A stretch of DNA of 64,000 nt from Escherichia phage TH09, in the sequence record MT446387.1; one strand, written 5' to 3'. The translations under genes and the position numbers were made by a program. The notes beneath the pieces were generated by a model. The model was not told the DNA's origin, did no database searches, and worked only from the letters and a program-made list of their open reading frames with translations. Of this stretch, positions 48,390-57,681 are shown in pieces. Within the stretch, counting starts at the first letter, position 1. Each line of letters begins with the position of its first letter.

Positions 48390-48566
48390 ATGCCAATGTA
48401 TGATTATAAATGCCAATCCGAAGATTGCGGGCATGAATATGAAAAAATTAAAAAGATTTCTGAACGAGAAAATGATGTTTGCCCTAAATGTCATCGTTTG
48501 TCTACTCGTCGGCCTTCTGCTCCTAAGCATGTGAATGGTGGTTTTTACGATTTACTTAAAGGGTGA
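48390..48566 (+). CDS. zinc-ribbon small protein
   Basis: 58-codon ORF below track cutoff; CxxC-x17-CxxC. Confidence 0.45.
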   Translation: MPMYDYKCQSEDCGHEYEKIKKISERENDVCPKCHRLSTRRPSAPKHVNGGFYDLLKG

Positions 48567-48568
48567 TT

Positions 48569-48940
48569 ATGTTTAAAATCGGTAAGAAATATCGTATTCG
48601 CGAAGGCGAAGAAAAGAAATATCTAATGTCTGCTATTTATAGGAATGGTTCTATTAATGCTGTAATATCTACAAGCGAATTTATCGTTGAAGATATGAAA
48701 GGTCATAATGTTACAATGATTAGTACAGCATCTGGAAATGATGGAAAAATTCTTCACAGCTTTCAGAGTAATGTTCTAATTTATGATGAAGAATTTGACT
48801 TCTTCGAAGAAGTTACAGAAGATTTTGATTTTGGATGCACCATCACTATGAAATCTGGTGACCCTCTTTCTTTTACAGTTAAAGATGAAAGAAGTCGCTT
48901 GAGAATTATTAGTCTTCTTCAAGCCATTAAATTTGAGTGA
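48569..48940 (+). CDS. hypothetical protein
   Basis: 123 aa from ATG 48569. Confidence 0.5.
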   Translation: MFKIGKKYRIREGEEKKYLMSAIYRNGSINAVISTSEFIVEDMKGHNVTMISTASGNDGKILHSFQSNVLIYDEEFDFFEEVTEDFDFGCTITMKSGDPLSFTVKDERSRLRIISLLQAIKFE

Positions 48941-48944
48941 AATT

Positions 48945-49205
48945 ATGAAATATGTTAATCGTTCTATCGCAGCATTAGTATTAGCAGTATCTTTAGTAGG
49001 ATGTACTGATGCTGATAATGCAACCAAAATTTTGTCTTCAAGCGGTTTTACTAATATTGAAATCACTGGATATAATTGGTTCGGTTGCTCTGAAAATGAT
49101 TTCCAACATACTGGATTTCGTGCTATTGGACCTACCGGGCAGAAAGTAGAAGGAACAGTATGTTCTGGTCTATTCTTCAAGGATTCGACTATCCGTTTTA
49201 AATAA
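48945..49205 (+). CDS. putative lipoprotein
   Basis: 86 aa from ATG 48945; lipobox LVGC. Confidence 0.5.
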   Translation: MKYVNRSIAALVLAVSLVGCTDADNATKILSSSGFTNIEITGYNWFGCSENDFQHTGFRAIGPTGQKVEGTVCSGLFFKDSTIRFK

Positions 49206-49226
49206 AAGGCCTTCGGGCCTTTAGCT
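49206..49226 (+). terminator. rho-independent terminator
   Basis: AGGCC-ttcg-GGCCT hairpin plus TT. Confidence 0.5.
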
Positions 49227-49271
49227 TTATGATTACCGGAGTATAATATTCCCGAAACCAAACGAGGATAA

Positions 49272-51092
49272 GTGATGATTAAGAATGAAATTAAAATTCT
49301 GAGCGATATTGAACATATCAAAAAGCGTAGCGGCATGTACATTGGTTCTTCTGCTAATGAAATGCATGAGCGCTTTCTGTTTGGTAAATGGGAAAGTGTT
49401 CAGTATGTACCTGGTCTTGTTAAGCTTATTGATGAAATTATCGATAACTCAGTAGATGAAGGTATTCGTACTAAGTTTAAATTCGCAAATAAAATTAATG
49501 TTACTATTAAAAACAATCAAGTAACAGTTGAAGATAACGGTCGCGGTATTCCACAAGCGATGGTTAAAACACCTACTGGTGAAGAAATTCCTGGTCCAGT
49601 TGCTGCTTGGACTATTCCAAAAGCGGGTGGTAACTTCGGTGATGATAAAGAACGCGTCACCGGTGGTATGAATGGTGTTGGTTCTAGTTTGACAAACATT
49701 TTTTCTGTGATGTTTGTTGGTGAAACTGGCGATGGTCAAAATAATATTGTAGTTCGTTGTTCAAATGGCATGGAAAATAAATCCTGGGAAACTATTCCTG
49801 GAAAATGGAAAGGAACTCGTGTTACTTTCATTCCAGATTTTATGTCATTTGAAACTAATGAGCTGTCCCAAGTTTATCTTGACATTACACTGGATCGTCT
49901 CCAGACACTTGCAGTAGTTTATCCTGATATTCAATTTACCTTTAATGGTAAAAAGGTTCAGGGCAATTTTAAGAAATATGCACGACAGTATGATGAACAT
50001 GCTATTGTTCAAGAACAAGAAAATTGTTCTATTGCGGTTGGTCGTTCACCGGATGGATTTCGCCAATTAACTTATGTGAATAACATTCACACTAAGAATG
50101 GTGGCCATCACATTGACTGTGTTATGGATGATATTTGTGAAGACCTTATTCCACAAATCAAACGTAAGTTCAAAATTGATGTAACTAAAGCACGTGTCAA
50201 AGAATGTTTGACTATCGTTATGTTTGTCCGTGATATGAAAAACATGCGATTTGATTCTCAAACTAAAGAGCGTTTGACTTCTCCATTTGGTGAAATCCGT
50301 AGTCATATTCAACTTGACGCTAAAAAGATTTCACGCGCTATTCTAAATAATGAAGCAATTCTGATGCCAATTATTGAAGCTGCACTAGCTCGTAAATTGG
50401 CAGCAGAAAAAGCAGCTGAAACTAAAGCAGCTAAAAAGGCTTCTAAGGCAAAGGTTCATAAACATATTAAAGCTAATCTGTGCGGTAAAGATGCTGATAC
50501 TACTCTTTTCTTGACTGAGGGTGATTCTGCTATCGGATATCTTATTGATGTTCGTGATAAAGAACTTCATGGTGGTTATCCATTGCGTGGTAAAGTTCTC
50601 AACAGTTGGGGTATGTCATATGCTGATATGCTTAAAAACAAAGAACTATTTGATATTTGCGCAATCACTGGATTAGTTCTTGGTGAAAAAGCTGAAAACT
50701 TGAATTATCATAATATTGCTATTATGACTGATGCTGACCATGATGGTCTAGGAAGCATTTATCCTTCTCTGCTCGGGTTTTTTAGTAATTGGCCAGAATT
50801 GTTTGAGCAAGGACGAATTCGCTTTGTCAAAACTCCTGTAATCATCGCTCAGGTCGGTAAAAAACAAGAATGGTTTTATACAGTCGCTGAATATGAGAGT
50901 GCCAAAGATGCTCTACCTAAACATAGCATCCGTTATATTAAAGGACTTGGCTCTTTGGAAAAATCTGAATATCGTGAAATGATTCAAAATCCAGTATATG
51001 ATGTTGTTAAACTTCCTGAGAACTGGAAAGAGCTTTTTGAAATGCTCATGGGAGATAATGCTGACCTTCGTAAAGAATGGATGAGCCAGTAG
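49272..51092 (+). CDS. 39: topoisomerase II large subunit gp39, intact (not split by gene 60)
   Basis: 606 aa single ORF with GyrB-like ATPase N-terminus and a C-terminus matching what T4 encodes as gp60. Confidence 0.95.
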   Translation: MMIKNEIKILSDIEHIKKRSGMYIGSSANEMHERFLFGKWESVQYVPGLVKLIDEIIDNSVDEGIRTKFKFANKINVTIKNNQVTVEDNGRGIPQAMVKTPTGEEIPGPVAAWTIPKAGGNFGDDKERVTGGMNGVGSSLTNIFSVMFVGETGDGQNNIVVRCSNGMENKSWETIPGKWKGTRVTFIPDFMSFETNELSQVYLDITLDRLQTLAVVYPDIQFTFNGKKVQGNFKKYARQYDEHAIVQEQENCSIAVGRSPDGFRQLTYVNNIHTKNGGHHIDCVMDDICEDLIPQIKRKFKIDVTKARVKECLTIVMFVRDMKNMRFDSQTKERLTSPFGEIRSHIQLDAKKISRAILNNEAILMPIIEAALARKLAAEKAAETKAAKKASKAKVHKHIKANLCGKDADTTLFLTEGDSAIGYLIDVRDKELHGGYPLRGKVLNSWGMSYADMLKNKELFDICAITGLVLGEKAENLNYHNIAIMTDADHDGLGSIYPSLLGFFSNWPELFEQGRIRFVKTPVIIAQVGKKQEWFYTVAEYESAKDALPKHSIRYIKGLGSLEKSEYREMIQNPVYDVVKLPENWKELFEMLMGDNADLRKEWMSQ

Positions 51093-51125
51093 TTTACTTT
51101 ACCACAAGGATGTGGTATAATTAAT
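51085..51125 (+). promoter_or_regulatory. T4-type early promoter
   Basis: GTTTACT 51092-51098, TGTGGTATAAT 51111-51121. Confidence 0.6.
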
Positions 51126-51146
51126 TGGGCAAATGAGGATATTGAA

Positions 51147-51350
51147 ATGAAATCATATAGAGTAAATTTAGAACTTTTTGATAAAGCAGTTCATCGAGAA
51201 TATAGAATCATTCAACGCTTTTTCGATATGGGAGAAGCCGAAGAATTTAAAAACCGCTTTAAGGATATTAGAGATAAAATTCAATCCGACACTGCAACTA
51301 AAGATGAACTACTAGAAGTTGCTGAAGTTATTAAGCGTAATATGAATTAA
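51147..51350 (+). CDS. hypothetical protein
   Basis: 67 aa upstream of rIIA. Confidence 0.5.
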   Translation: MKSYRVNLELFDKAVHREYRIIQRFFDMGEAEEFKNRFKDIRDKIQSDTATKDELLEVAEVIKRNMN

Positions 51351-51360
51351 TGAGGAAATT

Positions 51361-53538
51361 ATGATTATCACCACTGAAAAAGAAACAATTCTTGGCAATG
51401 GTTCTAAATCAAAAGCATTTAGCATCGCAGCAAATCCTAAAGTATTTAAAATCTTATCATCTGATTTGTATACAAACAAGATTCGCGCAGTTGTTCGTGA
51501 ATTGATTACCAACATGATTGATGCCCATGCTCTCAATGGAAATCCTGAAAAATTTATCATTCAAGTTCCTGGACGTTTAGATCCACGATTTGTTTGCCGA
51601 GATTTTGGTCCCGGTATGAGTGATTTTGATATTCAGGGTGATGATAATTCTCCCGGTCTGTATAATTCATACTTCAGTTCATCTAAGGCTGAATCTAACG
51701 ATTTCATTGGCGGATTTGGTTTAGGTTCTAAATCTCCGTTTAGTTATACTGATACATTTAGTATTACTTCGTATCATAAAGGTGAAATTCGTGGCTATGT
51801 AGCTTACATGGATGGTGATGGTCCACAGATTAAACCTACATTCGTAAAAGAAATGGGTCCAGATGATAAAACTGGTATTGAAATCGTAGTTCCAGTTGAA
51901 GAAAAAGACTTTAGAAACTTTGCTTATGAAGTTTCTTATATCATGCGACCGTTCAAAGATTTGGCTATCATTAATGGTCTTGACCGCGAAATTGATTATT
52001 TTCCGGATTTTGATGACTATTACGGTGTAAATCCAGAAAGATACTGGCCTGATCGTGGTGGATTATATGCTATCTATGGTGGTATTGTTTATCCTATCGA
52101 TGGTGTTATTAGAGACCGTAACTGGTTAAGCATTCGTAATGAAGTGAATTACATTAAATTTCCAATGGGTTCACTTGATATTGCTCCATCACGTGAAGCT
52201 CTTTCATTGGATGATCGCACTCGTAAAAATATTATTGAACGAGTTAAAGAGCTTAGTGAGAAAGCATTTAATGAAGATGTAAAACGATTTAAAGAATCTA
52301 CATCTCCTCGTCACACATACCGTGAATTGATGAAGATGGGGTATTCTGCTCGAGATTATATGATTAGTAATTCAGTCAAATTCACGACTAAAAATCTGTC
52401 ATATAAGAAAATGCAGAGCATGTTTGAACCTGACATTAAGTTATGCAATGCAGGAGTTGTGTATGAAGTAAATCTTGACCCTCGACTGAAACGCATTAAG
52501 CAAAGCCATGAAACTTCAGCCGTTGCATCAAGTTATCGTCTGTTTGGTATTAATACAACAAAAATTAATATCGTTATTGATAATATTAAAAATCGTGTTA
52601 ATATTGTTCGTGGATTAGCACGTGCGTTAGATGATAGTGAATTTAATAACACTTTGAATATTCATCATAACGAACGCCTTTTGTTTATTAACCCAGAAGT
52701 AGAATCGCAGATTGATTTACTCCCTGATATTATGGCAATGTTTGAAAGTGATGAAGTTAACATTCATTATTTGTCAGAAATTGAAGCTTTAGTTAAAAGC
52801 TATATTCCAAAGGTAGTTAAAAGTAAAGCTCCTCGTCCTAAAGCTGCTACAGCATTTAAATTTGAAATTAAAGATGGACGATGGGAAAAAGAGGAACTAT
52901 TTACACTTACGTCAGAAGCAGATGAAATTACTGGTTATGTAGCGTATATGCATCGTTCTGATATTTTCTCTATGGATGGTACTACATCGCTTTGTCATCC
53001 ATCTATGAATATTTTGATTCGTATGGCTAATCTTATTGGCATTAATGAATTTTATGTTATTCGTCCGCTTTTGCAGAAAAAGGTAAAAGAGCTTGGTCAG
53101 TGCCAATGTATTTTTGAAGCTTTACGTGATTTATATGTAGATGCTTTTGATGATGTAGATTATGATAAGTATGTAGGTTATTCAAGTTCAGCTCAACGAT
53201 ATATTGATAAAATTATCAAGTATCCTGAACTAGATTTTATGATGAAGTACTTCAGTACAGATGAAGTTTCTGAAGAATATACACGACTTGGTAATATGGT
53301 TAGTTCATTACGCGGTGTGTATTTCAATGGTGGAAAAGATACCATCGGTCATGATATCTGGACAGTAACTAATCTCTTTGATGAATTATCACGTAATGCT
53401 TCAAAAAATAGTGATAAAATGGTTGCTGAGTTTACCAAGAAATTCCGTATTGTTTCCGACTTCATCGGTTATCGCAACTCTTTAAGTGATGATGAAGTTT
53501 CCCAAATCGCTAAAACTATGAAGGCCCTTGCGGCCTAA
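51361..53538 (+). CDS. rIIA: rIIA protein
   Basis: 725 aa; recognised as T4 rIIA. Confidence 0.95.
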   Translation: MIITTEKETILGNGSKSKAFSIAANPKVFKILSSDLYTNKIRAVVRELITNMIDAHALNGNPEKFIIQVPGRLDPRFVCRDFGPGMSDFDIQGDDNSPGLYNSYFSSSKAESNDFIGGFGLGSKSPFSYTDTFSITSYHKGEIRGYVAYMDGDGPQIKPTFVKEMGPDDKTGIEIVVPVEEKDFRNFAYEVSYIMRPFKDLAIINGLDREIDYFPDFDDYYGVNPERYWPDRGGLYAIYGGIVYPIDGVIRDRNWLSIRNEVNYIKFPMGSLDIAPSREALSLDDRTRKNIIERVKELSEKAFNEDVKRFKESTSPRHTYRELMKMGYSARDYMISNSVKFTTKNLSYKKMQSMFEPDIKLCNAGVVYEVNLDPRLKRIKQSHETSAVASSYRLFGINTTKINIVIDNIKNRVNIVRGLARALDDSEFNNTLNIHHNERLLFINPEVESQIDLLPDIMAMFESDEVNIHYLSEIEALVKSYIPKVVKSKAPRPKAATAFKFEIKDGRWEKEELFTLTSEADEITGYVAYMHRSDIFSMDGTTSLCHPSMNILIRMANLIGINEFYVIRPLLQKKVKELGQCQCIFEALRDLYVDAFDDVDYDKYVGYSSSAQRYIDKIIKYPELDFMMKYFSTDEVSEEYTRLGNMVSSLRGVYFNGGKDTIGHDIWTVTNLFDELSRNASKNSDKMVAEFTKKFRIVSDFIGYRNSLSDDEVSQIAKTMKALAA

Positions 53539-53549
53539 TAAGGAAAATT

Positions 53550-54488
53550 ATGTACAATATTAAATGCCTGACCAAAAACGAACAAGCTGAAATTGTTAAA
53601 TTGTATTCAAGCGGTAATTACACCCAACAGGAATTGGCTGATTGGCAAGGTGTATCGGTTGACACAATTCGTCGTGTTTTGAAAAATGCTGAAGAAGCTA
53701 AACGCTCTAAAGTTACTATTAGCGGTGACATTACGGTTAAAGTTAATAGCGATACAGCTATTGCTCCAGTTACTAAATCTGACATTATTTGGAATGCATC
53801 TAAAAAATTCATTTCAATTACTGTTGACGGTGTAACTTATAACGCAACTCCTAATACTCATTCAAACTTCCAGGAAATTCTTAATCTGCTTGTAGCTGAT
53901 AAGCTGGAAGAAGCAGCACAAAAAATTAACGTTCGTCGCGCTGTTGAAAAATATATTTCCGGCGATGTTCGAATTGAAGGTGGAAGCTTGTTCTATCAAA
54001 ATATTGAATTGCGGTCTGGTTTAGTTGATCGTATTCTCGATTCGATGGAAAAAGGTGAAAACTTTGAATTTTATTTTCCGTTCTTGGAAAATCTGCTGGA
54101 AAACCCAAGCCAGAAAGCGGTATCTCGACTCTTTGATTTCTTGGTAGCAAACGATATTGAAATTACAGAAGATGGTTACTTCTATGCTTGGAAAGTAGTT
54201 CGTGACAACTACTTTGACTGTCACTCAAACACCTTTGATAACAGTCCTGGTAAAGTAGTTAAAATGCCGCGTACTCGTGTGAATGACGATGATACACAAA
54301 CTTGTTCTCGTGGTCTGCATGTGTGTTCTAAATCTTATATTCGTCACTTTGGCAGTTCAACCAGCCGAGTTGTAAAAGTTAAAGTACATCCACGTGATGT
54401 AGTATCAATTCCGATTGATTACAACGATGCTAAAATGCGTACCTGCCAATACGAAGTAGTTGAAGACGTTACTGAACAATTTAAATAA
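53550..54488 (+). CDS. rIIB: rIIB protein
   Basis: 312 aa; recognised as T4 rIIB. Confidence 0.95.
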   Translation: MYNIKCLTKNEQAEIVKLYSSGNYTQQELADWQGVSVDTIRRVLKNAEEAKRSKVTISGDITVKVNSDTAIAPVTKSDIIWNASKKFISITVDGVTYNATPNTHSNFQEILNLLVADKLEEAAQKINVRRAVEKYISGDVRIEGGSLFYQNIELRSGLVDRILDSMEKGENFEFYFPFLENLLENPSQKAVSRLFDFLVANDIEITEDGYFYAWKVVRDNYFDCHSNTFDNSPGKVVKMPRTRVNDDDTQTCSRGLHVCSKSYIRHFGSSTSRVVKVKVHPRDVVSIPIDYNDAKMRTCQYEVVEDVTEQFK

Positions 54489-54503
54489 GGGCTTTGGCCC
54501 TTA
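54487..54503 (+). other. RNA hairpin after rIIB
   Basis: AGGGCTTTGGCCCT; weak T-run. Confidence 0.35.
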
Positions 54504-54516
54504 ACTAAGGAAAATT

Positions 54517-54711
54517 ATGTTAGGTTATCAAGCACGAGTAAAAGAAGAATACGATCAATTAATGCTCAAAATTAATGCACTGAGCAAATTTTTAGAAAGC
54601 ACAAAGTTTCTAACGATTAATGAAGTCGAGCAAGAATTACTGCTTTCGCAGTTTATTTCAATGAAATCTTACGCAGATTGTTTAGAGAAAAGAATTGCAC
54701 AATTCAAATAA
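54517..54711 (+). CDS. hypothetical protein
   Basis: 64 aa. Confidence 0.5.
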   Translation: MLGYQARVKEEYDQLMLKINALSKFLESTKFLTINEVEQELLLSQFISMKSYADCLEKRIAQFK

Positions 54712-54715
54712 AGTA

Positions 54716-54738
54716 AAGGGCTTCGGCCCTTTTGTTTT
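54716..54738 (+). terminator. rho-independent terminator
   Basis: GGGCTTCGGCCC plus TTTTGTTTT. Confidence 0.6.
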
Positions 54739-54775
54739 AAGAGAAATTATGATTCCGACATAAAGGAAAGTTTAA

Positions 54776-55333
54776 ATGCAGAAAACGAATCCGGGTTTAC
54801 AGAGACTATTTCAGATTCCGACATTTACCCTATCGAACAATGACTTGACTAGTGAAATGAAGGTCAAAATTGCTGATACAGCAAGATACTCTTTAAAACA
54901 AAATCCTAATCAGGATAAAGCAGAAGTCATCGAAAGATGCCGTATCGCTGTGTATGCAGAGTTTTTTGTAGCAGATTGGCTGAGCGGGTATGTTAACAAA
55001 GGCCAAGAGGATGTTAATGACCCGTATACATACGCATGGGATGTATTGGCGCATCCAAGATATTGCGGGCTTCGTGTAGAAGTTAAGACACACCAAACTG
55101 ACTCACGTTGGATTTCGGTAACAACTGGATGCAGCGGAGAATATCCATACGGTTCTGGAATAAATCTAGGGCCCATTCTGAATCACCAAGTCGCTGACTG
55201 TATAATTATATTCAACACTAAAGAAATTCATCCAGGTGTCATCCAATACACTCCGAAGTTCATCGGTGATAGAGAAGACCTTCGTAAAGTTGTAAGAAAA
55301 AGCAACTACAACGGATGGTATCTTTCCATTTAA
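54776..55333 (+). CDS. denB: endonuclease IV DenB
   Basis: 185 aa; size and position match T4 denB. Confidence 0.8.
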   Translation: MQKTNPGLQRLFQIPTFTLSNNDLTSEMKVKIADTARYSLKQNPNQDKAEVIERCRIAVYAEFFVADWLSGYVNKGQEDVNDPYTYAWDVLAHPRYCGLRVEVKTHQTDSRWISVTTGCSGEYPYGSGINLGPILNHQVADCIIIFNTKEIHPGVIQYTPKFIGDREDLRKVVRKSNYNGWYLSI

Positions 55334-55334
55334 A

Positions 55335-55388
55335 AATTTTCACAAAACGGTTTACATACCACAAGGACTGTGGTACTATACAACTATC
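55335..55388 (+). promoter_or_regulatory. T4-type early promoter
   Basis: GTTTACA 55350-55356, TGTGGTACTATA -10. Confidence 0.6.
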
Positions 55389-55413
55389 AACTGATACGGA
55401 TTTGGAGAATAAA

Positions 55414-55620
55414 ATGTTTACTACAGCTGAATTAAAACGAGCAAAAGCTAAGAAAGGGCAAGGAAAATATAAAGCTGAATTAGTTAAAGAACTTCAGTTT
55501 GCTGAGGCTGAATTGAATTCAATGATTATTCAAAATGCTCCAGAAACTGAAATTGCTCTTAAGCGTATTGCGAATAAGTGTCTTCGTGATGCAATCGTCG
55601 ATCTTTTAGCGGATTATTGA
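55414..55620 (+). CDS. hypothetical protein
   Basis: 68 aa from ATG 55414 (GGAGAATAAA SD). Confidence 0.5.
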   Translation: MFTTAELKRAKAKKGQGKYKAELVKELQFAEAELNSMIIQNAPETEIALKRIANKCLRDAIVDLLADY

Positions 55621-55625
55621 GTAAA

Positions 55626-55889
55626 ATGAAATTTAAATTTTATTACGCTAAACATAAAATAACTGATGAGTTTGTGTCAGTTGAATATTCTAGCGATGAT
55701 GAAGGTATGATTTATACTCGCTTGGGACTATCGCATTGGGAGTCTGATACGCCTTATTTTTCAACTCCTGAAGAAATTACACGTTTAGTTAATGGTCATA
55801 TGAATGACCACTGGAATGTAATTCTTTCAGATAGTCTTAAAGCGGCTATTAATAGTAATGAAATGAAAATCGCTGAGATTGAACTATGA
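55626..55889 (+). CDS. hypothetical protein
   Basis: 87 aa from ATG 55626. Confidence 0.45.
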   Translation: MKFKFYYAKHKITDEFVSVEYSSDDEGMIYTRLGLSHWESDTPYFSTPEEITRLVNGHMNDHWNVILSDSLKAAINSNEMKIAEIEL

Positions 55890-55972
55890 GTTCATTGTGG
55901 TGGTGTTTTATTTGGTTAATTAGTATTCCATTAATTTGTTTAACATTTACTTTTGTGATGAGGTTATTATGA
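55886..55972 (+). CDS. tiny hydrophobic ORF
   Basis: 28 codons; ATGA overlap. Confidence 0.25.
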   Translation: MSSLWWCFIWLISIPLICLTFTFVMRLL

Positions 55973-56067
55973 AAATTTTGAATTCTGTACTTATTGCTTG
56001 TGCATGGTGGGTTGCGCAAGTTTCAGCGGTAGTAGTTGGTATTCACATTTATTACGAATATTTTTAA
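55969..56067 (+). CDS. tiny hydrophobic ORF
   Basis: 32 codons, single TM-like segment. Confidence 0.3.
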   Translation: MKILNSVLIACAWWVAQVSAVVVGIHIYYEYF

Positions 56068-56112
56068 AAAAGTTGTTTACAAGACTGTTCCTCTGTGGTA
56101 CTATTACCCTAT
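56060..56112 (+). promoter_or_regulatory. T4-type early promoter
   Basis: GTTTACA 56075-56081, TGTGGTACTATTA -10; cassette similar to 2975-3051. Confidence 0.6.
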
Positions 56113-56132
56113 CAACTACGGAGGAACAGAAA

Positions 56133-56246
56133 ATGAAAAAGATTATTAAAGCTATATGGAATGTAGTTATAATACTAATAGTTTTGAGTATATTCCCAAT
56201 CGTTTTAATGATTGATGTATTAAACGCTTACTTTGGATTTATGTGA
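56133..56246 (+). CDS. small membrane protein
   Basis: 37 aa from ATG 56133 (ACGGAGG SD). Confidence 0.4.
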   Translation: MKKIIKAIWNVVIILIVLSIFPIVLMIDVLNAYFGFM

Positions 56247-56253
56247 GGAAAAT

Positions 56254-56451
56254 ATGAAGCGTAAACGCAGTGCTTTTACATTTATTGAATGGTTTTTCGA
56301 TAATATTTTTCCGGCTTTATTCATTTTCATGCTGATTTTCGCCTTGGGTTCAGTTGTAGTTGGAATCTATTTGATGGCAATTGTCGGAATGGACATTCAT
56401 CAAAATGGCTTAAAATCTGTGGTTGAAACAATTTGGAATGGTGTAAAATAA
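56254..56451 (+). CDS. small membrane protein
   Basis: 65 aa from ATG 56254 (GAGGAAAAT SD). Confidence 0.45.
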   Translation: MKRKRSAFTFIEWFFDNIFPALFIFMLIFALGSVVVGIYLMAIVGMDIHQNGLKSVVETIWNGVK

Positions 56452-56558
56452 TGAATTTACTAAGCATTTGGTTTTATATTCTTATGTTTTACATTGGTGC
56501 AAATTTCCCATACTGGATGGGATGGTCAACAACTGCATTCGGATTTTATACTCCTTGA
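56451..56558 (+). CDS. tiny hydrophobic ORF
   Basis: 35 codons; TAATG overlap. Confidence 0.3.
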   Translation: MNLLSIWFYILMFYIGANFPYWMGWSTTAFGFYTP

Positions 56559-56566
56559 GGCGAATT

Positions 56567-56782
56567 ATGAAAAGTTTTAAAGATGTAAAAGTTGGTGAAA
56601 TTTTCTGTTTAGATAACGGTGATCAGTTAATTCGTATTTCACCTCTTAAGAGCACTAGCGAGAAAATGACAGTTAACGCTACTTTAGCAAATAACAGTAA
56701 TGAACGTTTCTGTATTGAAAATGATACTGAAACTTATACTGTAGAAGAGTTTTGGGAATTGAGCGTCGACTGCGACGAGTAA
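56567..56782 (+). CDS. hypothetical protein
   Basis: 71 aa from ATG 56567. Confidence 0.45.
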   Translation: MKSFKDVKVGEIFCLDNGDQLIRISPLKSTSEKMTVNATLANNSNERFCIENDTETYTVEEFWELSVDCDE

Positions 56783-56842
56783 TTTAATGGCCGTGTGTAT
56801 TCATGCGGCCTTGGAGTAGAAAATAATTTAGAGGAAATTAAT

Positions 56843-57298
56843 ATGAAATATATGACTGTTACTGATCTGAACAACGCAGGTGCTACTGTTATTGGTACAA
56901 TCAAGGGTGGTGAATGGGTTTTTGGAACTCCGCATAAAGACATTTTGTCTAACCCTGGATTTTACTTTTTAGTGAGCAAATTTGGCGGTCCATTTGATAA
57001 TCCATGTGTGTCTGCACGATTTTATGTAGGTAATCAGCGTTCTAAGCAAGGATTCAGTGCAGTTCTAAGTCATATTCGTCAACGTCGGTCTCAGCTTGCA
57101 CGTACTATTGCAAATAACAATGTTCCATACACAGTATTTTATCTGCCTGCTTCTAAGATGAAACCTCTGACGACAGGATTTGGTAAAGGTCAGTTAGCTT
57201 TGGCGTTTACTCGTAATCATCATTCTGAGTATCAAACACTTGAAGAAATGAACCGTATGTTGGCTGATAATTTTAAATTTGTTTTGCAGGCATATTAA
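56843..57298 (+). CDS. ndd: nucleoid disruption protein Ndd
   Basis: 151 aa from ATG 56843 ([11 protein letters not shown]...); recognised as T4 Ndd. Confidence 0.9.
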
Positions 57299-57378
57299 TG
57301 AGCAATTTCCATAACGAACATGTGATGCAGTTCTATCGTAACAATCTTAAAACTAAAGGCGTCTTCGGACGCCAGTGA
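57298..57378 (+). CDS. stp: Stp peptide (activator of host PrrC anticodon nuclease)
   Basis: 26-codon [29 protein letters not shown], recognised as T4 Stp; TAATG overlap with ndd. Confidence 0.85.
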
Positions 57379-57385
57379 GGAAAAT

Positions 57386-57544
57386 ATGAATATCGCAAAA
57401 TTATTAGGAGTTATTTCATTTATTTGTTGGATAGTAGCATGTGTTTTAACTATTTGTATCGATGCTAGCAGTGTGTTTTCACAAGCTTTAGCCCAGGGTA
57501 TGTGTGCATATTTAACATTTGTGTTGTTATCTACTAATGATTAA
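57386..57544 (+). CDS. small membrane protein (possibly ac)
   Basis: 52 aa hydrophobic; GAGGAAAAT SD. Confidence 0.4.
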   Translation: MNIAKLLGVISFICWIVACVLTICIDASSVFSQALAQGMCAYLTFVLLSTND

Positions 57545-57677
57545 GAAAATCTTGGGCTATTCATTAGCCCTTGCTACTTTATTGGTAGCACTATATTATG
57601 GAGTAATGTTCGGATTAATTCAAGTCGTGCTTTTCATTTCTGATGTTATTATGGCACTACATTCACTAGTATGGTAA
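57537..57677 (+). CDS. small membrane protein
   Basis: 46-codon hydrophobic ORF. Confidence 0.3.
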   Translation: MIKKILGYSLALATLLVALYYGVMFGLIQVVLFISDVIMALHSLVW

Positions 57678-57681
57678 ATTT

